Shown piece by piece: positions 57,678 through 64,000 of a stretch of 64,000 nucleotides of DNA (positions are counted from its first letter, which is position 1; each line of letters begins with the position of its first letter). The translations under genes and the position numbers were made by a program. Under the pieces are notes generated by a model that was not told the origin of the DNA, made no database searches, and saw nothing but the letters and a program-made list of their open reading frames with translations. The stretch is from Tepidamorphaceae bacterium (GTDB lineage: Bacteria > Pseudomonadota > Alphaproteobacteria > Rhizobiales > Tepidamorphaceae): contig JANQNT010000011.1 of NCBI GenBank assembly GCA_028279445.1, forward strand, positions 1,826 to 65,825, written 5' to 3'.

Positions 57678-58850
57678 ATGACGCAGCAGGACGCGCGTGC
57701 GGCGACCGCGCCGCAACCTGCCACCACCGATGAGCCGCCCCGCGTGCTGGTGTGTGCCGGCGGAACCGGCGGGCACCTGTTTCCGGCCGAAGCGCTGGCC
57801 AGCGTGCTGACGGGGCGCGGCTGGCGCGTTGAACTGGTCACCGATGTGCGCGTTGCCGATCTGGGCGAGGATTTCCCCGCGCAAGACCTGCATGTGGTGC
57901 CGTCTGGTACGATTTCCCCACGCCACCCCATCCGCGCGCTCAAGGGCTCGATGAGCATCGCGCGCGGCTATGCCGCAGCGCGCCGGCTGATCAACCGGGT
58001 CAGGCCACGCATCGTCGTGGGCTTTGGCGGTTATCCCACCTTGCCGCCGCTGATCGCGGCCGCGCATCTGAAGGTCGCGACCGTCATTCACGATCAGAAC
58101 GCGGTGATGGGGCGGGCCAATCGGGTGCTCGCGCCCATGGCGAGCGGTATCGCGACGAGCTTCGATACGGTCAAGCATCTCGACGAACGCCACATGTTCA
58201 AGGCGCGCCGCGTCGGCGTACCGGTGCGCAAGGCCGTGCTTATCGCCGCAGAACGGCCATACGATCCGCCGCAGGTGGGCGGACCGCTGCGGCTTCTGGT
58301 GTTCGGCGGCAGCCAGGGCGCCCGCGTCATGAGCGAGGTGGTGCCGGGTGGTCTGGCGCAATTGCCTGCGGACGTGCGCGCCCGGCTCGAGGTCGTTCAG
58401 CAGTGCCGCGAGGAAGATCTCAAGGCGGTGCGGCAGACCTACGCGCAGGCGGGCATCGCGGCCGAGCTTGCCGCCTTCTTTACCGACCTGCCGAAGCGCA
58501 TGGCCAATGCGCACCTCGTCATCAGCCGTTCCGGCGCCTCGACGGTGGCCGAGCTTGGCGTGATCGGCCGGCCGGGCCTGATGGTGCCGTTGCCGCACGC
58601 GCTCGACAACGACCAGCTCTTCAACGGCCGCGCGCTTGAGGTCGCCGGCGGCGGTCAGGTCCTGGAACAGGCCGGTTTCACGCCCGAGGCCGTGATGCGG
58701 ATCATCGCCGGTTTCGCCAACGACTCGTCCTCGCTTGCCGAACAGGCTGCAAAGGCGCGCGCTTTCGGCATTCCCAACGCGGCGGAGGCGCTTGCCGATT
58801 TCGTCGCCGAGATTGCCGAAGGTGGTATGGGTGGAGTATCTCCCGCCTGA
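57678..58850 (+). CDS. murG: UDP-N-acetylglucosamine--N-acetylmuramyl-(pentapeptide) pyrophosphoryl-undecaprenol GlcNAc transferase
   Basis: ATG 57678. [46 protein letters not shown]. Confidence 0.93.
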   Translation: MTQQDARAATAPQPATTDEPPRVLVCAGGTGGHLFPAEALASVLTGRGWRVELVTDVRVADLGEDFPAQDLHVVPSGTISPRHPIRALKGSMSIARGYAAARRLINRVRPRIVVGFGGYPTLPPLIAAAHLKVATVIHDQNAVMGRANRVLAPMASGIATSFDTVKHLDERHMFKARRVGVPVRKAVLIAAERPYDPPQVGGPLRLLVFGGSQGARVMSEVVPGGLAQLPADVRARLEVVQQCREEDLKAVRQTYAQAGIAAELAAFFTDLPKRMANAHLVISRSGASTVAELGVIGRPGLMVPLPHALDNDQLFNGRALEVAGGGQVLEQAGFTPEAVMRIIAGFANDSSSLAEQAAKARAFGIPNAAEALADFVAEIAEGGMGGVSPA

Positions 58851-58899
58851 GCGTCGGATTCGCGCCACAACGACGACAGAAACCAGAAAGTTCACCGCC

Positions 58900-60315
58900 A
58901 TGCGCACGCCGCAGGAAACCGGCATCATCCACTTCATCGGTATCGGCGGTATCGGCATGAGCGGTATCGCCCGTGTGCTCGCCAATCTCGGCTATGCGGT
59001 GCAGGGCAGCGACCTGTCCGAGGGCGCCAACGTCACGAAGCTGCGCGAGAAGGGGATTACCGTTTTCGTCGGCCATGACGCGGGCAACGTCACCGGTGCC
59101 AACGTGGTGGTCTATTCCTCAGCCGTGAAGCGCGACAATCCCGAACTCGTCGCCGCCCGCGAAAGCCGCATCCCGGTGGTGCGCAGGGCCGAGATGCTGG
59201 CCGAACTGATGCGGCTGAAGTCCTGCGTCGCCATCGGCGGTACCCATGGCAAGACGACGACGACCTCGCTGGTGGCGCAACTGCTCGATGCGGGCGATCT
59301 CGATCCGACCGTCATCAACGGCGGCATCATCAACGCCTACGGCACCAACGCGCGGCTTGGCGCCGGCGACTGGATGGTGGTGGAGGCCGACGAATCCGAC
59401 GGGACTTTCGTCAAACTGCCCGCCGAGGTCGCCATCGTCACCAATATCGATCCCGAACACCTCGACCATTACGGCACCTTCGAGGCGGAGAAAGAGGCGT
59501 TCCGGCAGTTCATCGAGAATGTGCCGTTCTACGGCTTCGCGGTGATGTGCACCGACCACCCGGAGGTGCGTGCGCTGGTCGGTCAGGTCGAGGACCGCAG
59601 CATCATCACCTATGGCGAGAACCAGCAGGCGGATGTGCGTCTTGCCGAACTCGATGCGGGACCGGAGGGGACCACCTTCACCATCGAATTGCGCGGGCGC
59701 GGTGAGACCGAGCCACGCCGCTTCGCCGACCTGACATTTCCGATGCACGGTCTGCACAATGCGCTCAACGCGACCGCTGCGATCGCGGTTGCCGACAAGC
59801 TCGGTGTCAGCGAACGGCAAATTCGAGTTGGACTGTCCGGTTTCTCCGGCGTCAAGCGCCGCTTCACCCATGTAGGTTCTTGGAACGGGGTGCACATCTA
59901 CGACGACTATGCCCATCACCCGGTGGAGATTTCGGCGGTGCTGATGGCTGCCCGCGAAGCAACCGAGGGTCGTGTCGTCGCCGTCATGCAGCCGCACCGC
60001 TATACCCGGCTGGAGAGTCTGTTCGAGGCCTTTTGCGCCTGCTTCGACGATGCCGACACGGTGCTGATCGCGGATGTCTACGAGGCCGGCGAGGCGCCGA
60101 TCCCCGGTTTCGACCGGGATGCGCTGGTGGAGGGCCTGCGCACCCGTGGCCATCGCGATGCGCGTCCGCTGCAAAGCGACAAGGCGCTGGCCGAAACGGT
60201 CGCCGAAACGGTCAAGCCCGGCGACATGGTGATTTGTCTGGGCGCCGGCAGCATCACCCAGTGGGCGCACGCCTTGCCGGACGAGCTCAACGCGCGCGAA
60301 CGCAAGACGGGCTAG
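58900..60315 (+). CDS. murC: UDP-N-acetylmuramate--L-alanine ligase
   Basis: ATG 58900. [40 protein letters not shown]. Confidence 0.94.
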   Translation: MRTPQETGIIHFIGIGGIGMSGIARVLANLGYAVQGSDLSEGANVTKLREKGITVFVGHDAGNVTGANVVVYSSAVKRDNPELVAARESRIPVVRRAEMLAELMRLKSCVAIGGTHGKTTTTSLVAQLLDAGDLDPTVINGGIINAYGTNARLGAGDWMVVEADESDGTFVKLPAEVAIVTNIDPEHLDHYGTFEAEKEAFRQFIENVPFYGFAVMCTDHPEVRALVGQVEDRSIITYGENQQADVRLAELDAGPEGTTFTIELRGRGETEPRRFADLTFPMHGLHNALNATAAIAVADKLGVSERQIRVGLSGFSGVKRRFTHVGSWNGVHIYDDYAHHPVEISAVLMAAREATEGRVVAVMQPHRYTRLESLFEAFCACFDDADTVLIADVYEAGEAPIPGFDRDALVEGLRTRGHRDARPLQSDKALAETVAETVKPGDMVICLGAGSITQWAHALPDELNARERKTG

Positions 60316-60318
60316 CGA

Positions 60319-61299
60319 ATGGCATTCCCGGACATCGCTGAAGACCTCAAGGCCGCCATGCCCGAGCTGCGCGGCCGGCTGCAATCCAATCAGCCGCTGG
60401 CCTCGCTCACCTGGTTTCGCGTCGGCGGACCGGCGCAGGTCTTGTATGCGCCCGCCGATGTCGATGATCTCGCCTACTTTCGCGCCAACCTGCCCGACGG
60501 CGTGCCCGTCACGGTGATCGGGCTCGGTTCCAATCTGCTGGTGCGCGACGGTGGCGTCGAAGGTGTCGTCATCCGCATGGGGCGCGGCTTCAACGAGGTG
60601 GAGGTTCTTGACGATCACCGGGTGCGCGCCGGGGTGGCGATGTCGGACGCGCGGGTGGCGCGCGCGGCAGCACAGGCCGGCATCGCCGGGCTGTCGTTCC
60701 TGCGCGGGGTTCCCGGTTCGATCGGCGGCATGCTGCGCATGAATGCGGGCGCCTACGGCACCGAGGCCGCCGATGTGCTGATTTCCACCGAGGCCATCGA
60801 CGGCGCCGGCAACAAGGTAACGCTGAATACCGATGAGATGGGCCTGAGCTATCGCCATTCGGAGGCGCCTGCCGACCTCATCTTCACCCACGCTCTGCTG
60901 CAGGGGCGGCCCGGCGACACGGACGCGATCCTCGCCGAGATGGACGACATCACCGAGCGGCGGGAGGAAACCCAGCCGGTGAAGTCGCGCACCGGCGGTT
61001 CCACCTTCGCCAATCCCGATCCGCCGGGCACGCCGGATCAGCGCAAGGCCTGGAAGCTGATCGATGCCGCCGGATGCCGGGGGCTGAAAGTCGGCGACGC
61101 GCAGGTCTCCGAGATGCACTGCAATTTTCTCATCAATCTCGGCGACGCGACCGCCCATGACCTGGAGACGCTGGGCGAAACGGTGCGGGCCCGCGTCTTC
61201 GAGACGAGCGGGATCAAGCTGCGCTGGGAGATCAAGCGCATCGGCCAGTCGGCGCCGGGCCAGGATGTCCGACGCGCCTTTGAGGAAGATGCCGCATGA
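60319..61299 (+). CDS. murB: UDP-N-acetylenolpyruvoylglucosamine reductase
   Basis: [50 protein letters not shown]. Confidence 0.93.
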   Translation: MAFPDIAEDLKAAMPELRGRLQSNQPLASLTWFRVGGPAQVLYAPADVDDLAYFRANLPDGVPVTVIGLGSNLLVRDGGVEGVVIRMGRGFNEVEVLDDHRVRAGVAMSDARVARAAAQAGIAGLSFLRGVPGSIGGMLRMNAGAYGTEAADVLISTEAIDGAGNKVTLNTDEMGLSYRHSEAPADLIFTHALLQGRPGDTDAILAEMDDITERREETQPVKSRTGGSTFANPDPPGTPDQRKAWKLIDAAGCRGLKVGDAQVSEMHCNFLINLGDATAHDLETLGETVRARVFETSGIKLRWEIKRIGQSAPGQDVRRAFEEDAA

Positions 61300-62225
61300 T
61301 CCCCGCCAGTACCCATGTGGCCGTGCTGATGGGCGGCTGGTCGGCGGAACGCCCGGTCAGCATCGACAGCGGTAACGGCTGCGCCGAGGCGCTGGAAGGC
61401 GAGGGCTTCAAGGTCACCCGCGTCGATGTCGACCGCGATATTGCCCGCACGCTCAAGGAGCTGAAGCCCGACGTCGCCTTCAATGCGCTGCACGGGCCCT
61501 ACGGCGAGGACGGCAAGATCCAGGGTCTGCTGGAAGTGCTCGGCATTCCCTACACCCATTCCGGCGTGCTGGCCTCGGCCATGGGCATGAACAAGCTGGT
61601 GTCGCGGGCGGTGTTCCAGTCGGTCGGCATTCCCGTCGCCGACGGAAAAGTGATCACCCGCCAGGAGGCGGCCCGTGCGCACGCCATGGAGCCGCCATAT
61701 GTGCTCAAGCCGATCTGCGAGGGGTCGAGCTTCGGTGTCTTCATCGTGCGCGAGGACCAGACCAACCCGCCGCAGGAACTCTATGCCGACGACTGGGCGT
61801 TTGGTGAGGAGTTGCTGGTGGAACGTTTCGTGGCCGGGCGCGAGCTGACCTGCGCGGTGATGGGCGACAGGGCCCTGGATGTCACCGAAATCGTTCCGAC
61901 GGCGCGATTTTACGACTACGAATCGAAATACGCGCCGGGGGGGTCGGAGCACATCCTGCCGGCAGAAATTTTACCAGATATTTACCGAACCATACAGAAG
62001 ATCAGCCTAGAGGCGCATCGCGCGCTTGGCTGTCGCGGCGTCAGTCGTGCCGACTTCCGGCTCGATGATCGGCCCGATGGAACGGGCGCACTGGTTTGCC
62101 TCGAAGTGAACACGCAGCCCGGCATGACGGCGACATCCCTTGTCCCGGAACTTGCCGCGCATGCGGGGATCGGATTCGGAGCACTGGTCCGGTGGATGGT
62201 GGAAGAGGCTTCCTGCGACAGGTAA
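61296..62225 (+). CDS. ddl: D-alanine--D-alanine ligase
   Basis: ATGA overlap with mur[14 protein letters not shown]-like opening, [27 protein letters not shown]. Confidence 0.93.
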   Translation: MIPASTHVAVLMGGWSAERPVSIDSGNGCAEALEGEGFKVTRVDVDRDIARTLKELKPDVAFNALHGPYGEDGKIQGLLEVLGIPYTHSGVLASAMGMNKLVSRAVFQSVGIPVADGKVITRQEAARAHAMEPPYVLKPICEGSSFGVFIVREDQTNPPQELYADDWAFGEELLVERFVAGRELTCAVMGDRALDVTEIVPTARFYDYESKYAPGGSEHILPAEILPDIYRTIQKISLEAHRALGCRGVSRADFRLDDRPDGTGALVCLEVNTQPGMTATSLVPELAAHAGIGFGALVRWMVEEASCDR

Positions 62226-62341
62226 CGCGACGCATCGCGCCGCGAGCCGAGCGGCTGTCCGCCTTTTTCCCCCGCCAGATCAATACCATAAAGCAATCCG
62301 GACCAAACCGTTCGCGCCGTCCTGCGGCGCGCCCGGACGTG

Positions 62342-63151
62342 ATGCTTGAGCGTGTCGCTCGCCCCCTGTCACGGCCGGATGTGCTGGCCACCAGCTTCAA
62401 TATCTTCGCTGCCGCCCTGATCGGCGGTGCGCTTGGCCTTGGCGTTGCCGCCGGCGGTCACGGTACGGCCTTCGCGCAGGGCGCGGCGCGGGTTGTGGAT
62501 GCGGCCGCGGCGGCGATCGGTTTTCGCGTGCGTTCCGTGGTGATCGCTGGCAACAGCGTGCTCGATGACGAGACGATCATCGATACGGTTGGCCTGGCGC
62601 CTGGCGGATCGCTGATCGCCATCGACGCGGCCGAGGCACGCACCCGCCTGGAAGCGCTGACCTGGGTTGCCGAGGCACGTGTGCAGAAGCTCTATCCCGC
62701 CACGCTGTCGGTGCGCGTCACCGAGCGGCGTCCCTTCGCCGTGTGGCAGCGCAATGGCGAGCTGTTCATCATCGACCGGGCCGGCACCGTGCTGCGCCCG
62801 GCCAATGCCGGCCAGTTGCCGCCGCTGCCGATCGTTGCCGGTGCTGGCGCGCACGCCGGTGCCGCTACCCTCTTCACCCAGCTCGCCGCCCATCCGCAGA
62901 TCGCCGATCAGGTGGCGGCCAGCGTTCGCGTCGCCGAGCGCCGCTGGACGCTGCATCTCGACAACGGCATCGAAGTGCGCCTGCCCGAGGCCGGCATGGC
63001 CCAGGCGCTGGACCGGCTGGCGTGGCTGGCGCGCGAGCAGGAGTTGCTCGAGCGCGATATCGACCTCGTCGACATGAGGATCGGCACGCGCGTCTTCGTG
63101 CGGCAGCGCTCCGAAGACGCGACCGGAACCGGCGGGGAGTTGGCATCATGA
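62342..63151 (+). CDS. ftsQ: Cell division protein FtsQ
   Basis: TM (IFAAALIGGALGLGVAA), POTRA (VRSVVIAGNSVLDDETI), ARVQKLYPATLSVRVTERRPFAVWQ. First in-frame ATG after the ddl stop is 62342. Confidence 0.85.
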   Translation: MLERVARPLSRPDVLATSFNIFAAALIGGALGLGVAAGGHGTAFAQGAARVVDAAAAAIGFRVRSVVIAGNSVLDDETIIDTVGLAPGGSLIAIDAAEARTRLEALTWVAEARVQKLYPATLSVRVTERRPFAVWQRNGELFIIDRAGTVLRPANAGQLPPLPIVAGAGAHAGAATLFTQLAAHPQIADQVAASVRVAERRWTLHLDNGIEVRLPEAGMAQALDRLAWLAREQELLERDIDLVDMRIGTRVFVRQRSEDATGTGGELAS

Positions 63152-64000
63152 TCGGCGCCTTGTCCATTCCGCGCATTGAGCCGCTCAACACGCACCGCTC
63201 GCACACCCTTGCGGTGCTCGACATCGGCTCGTCCAAGATCTGCTGCCTGATCGCCAAGCTGACGCCCTATGAGCCGGGCCAGGCGCTTGGCGCACGCACC
63301 CACCGGATCGACATCCTGGGCTTCGGGCTGCAGCGCGCGCGCGGCGTACGCCGCGGCGTCATCGTCGATATGGACCTCGCCGAGCGCGGCATCCGCCTGG
63401 CGGTCGAGTCGGCGGAGAAGATGGCCGGACTGACGGTCGAGAGCGTCATCGTCTCCACCGCCGCCGGCCGTCTGGCGAGCGAGGCCTTTCACGCCACCGT
63501 GCCGGTCGGCAGCATCGACGTGTCCGCCAACGATGTGTCGCGGGTGCTGGGGGCCTGTCAGGCCAATTCCGAGAGCGACGACCGAACCGCACTGCACGTT
63601 CTGCCGGTCGGCTTCCAGCTCGATGGTCAGGACATGGTGCGCGATCCGCGCGGCATGGTCGGCGACGAACTGTCCGTCGACATGCATGTGGTCAGCGCCC
63701 AGAGTTCGGCCTTGCGCAACGTTCTGGTCTGCGTCGAGCGCTGTCATCTGGGTATCGAGACGATCGTCGCTGCGCCTTACGCCAGCGGGCTTGCCGCGCT
63801 GGTGCCCGACGAGATCGAACTGGGCTCGGCGATCATCGATCTGGGCGCCGGTACGACGTCGGTCGGCATCTTCTGCGACGGACGTTTCCATTTCGCCGAC
63901 GTGATCGCCATCGGCGGTCATCACATCACGCTGGATTTGGCGCGCGGGCTCGGCACCACCGTGGATGCCGCCGAACGCATCAAGACGCTGTATGGCAGCA
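63148..64000 (+). CDS. ftsA: Cell division protein FtsA, 3' end outside window
   Basis: ATGA overlap with ftsQ. LDIGSSKICCLIA, RGVRRGVIVDMD, IIDLGAGTTSVGIF, IGGHHITLDLARGLG. Frame open to the window end. Confidence 0.92.
   Translation, partial: MIGALSIPRIEPLNTHRSHTLAVLDIGSSKICCLIAKLTPYEPGQALGARTHRIDILGFGLQRARGVRRGVIVDMDLAERGIRLAVESAEKMAGLTVESVIVSTAAGRLASEAFHATVPVGSIDVSANDVSRVLGACQANSESDDRTALHVLPVGFQLDGQDMVRDPRGMVGDELSVDMHVVSAQSSALRNVLVCVERCHLGIETIVAAPYASGLAALVPDEIELGSAIIDLGAGTTSVGIFCDGRFHFADVIAIGGHHITLDLARGLGTTVDAAERIKTLYGS

Noticed and set aside
48491-61158. Very long minus-strand ORFs across the dcw cluster (48491-50794, 51073-53595, 53841-55499, 56261-57958, 57543-58985, 59119-61158).
   Set aside because: They are antisense to genes with unmistakable Mur/Fts motifs. 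Their products are Arg/His/Gly/Asp-rich low-complexity strings, typical of stop-poor antisense frames in high-GC DNA.

Overview
High-GC chromosomal segment: sampled lines are about 65-70% G+C (42 of 60 in 9601-9660). Gene content looks alphaproteobacterial, Hyphomicrobiales/Rhodobacterales-like; this is inference. No rRNA, tRNA, CRISPR array, transposase or integrase was seen.

Bases 1-46400 are mostly transport and metabolism. They hold a DctM/DctP TRAP system with a glutamine-synthetase-like/ALDH/Fe-ADH catabolic cluster that is interrupted by a vapC-type toxin-antitoxin cassette. After that come an Amt transporter, an FGE-like protein, an ArsR-permease pair, a frameshifted DUF1989 gene, tag, a MOSC protein, ettA, a TAXI-type TRAP system, an L,D-transpeptidase, sahR-metF, an amidase, chrA, a USP, a BCCT transporter, a 1254-aa fused hydantoinase/oxoprolinase, an OMP, a DjlA-like protein and an AmpD-like amidase.

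Bases 46440-64000 hold RNase P RNA (rnpB, minus strand) followed by a canonical dcw cluster: mraZ-rsmH-ftsL-ftsI-murE-murF-mraY-murD-ftsW-murG-murC-murB-ddl-ftsQ-ftsA (ftsA truncated by the window edge).

Things worth a second look:
- Three small low-GC islets: an M48-like protease with a DUF4238 protein; an orphan secreted protein; an orphan HNH-finger protein next to a 136-nt hairpin.
- Two copies of a ~100-bp double-hairpin, CTAG-flanked MITE-like element. One copy sits inside the dcw cluster, and each copy overlaps a stop codon.
- A palindromic repeat complex inserted in frame in the oxoprolinase gene.
- An 8-bp tandem duplication that splits a DUF1989 gene.
- A 0.9-kb structured non-coding stretch after metF.
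- Operator-like palindromes in front of sahR, arsR and the TA cassette.

I could not identify a clear-cut, multi-gene, obviously novel system. The islets are the best candidates and all functional calls there are hypotheses.
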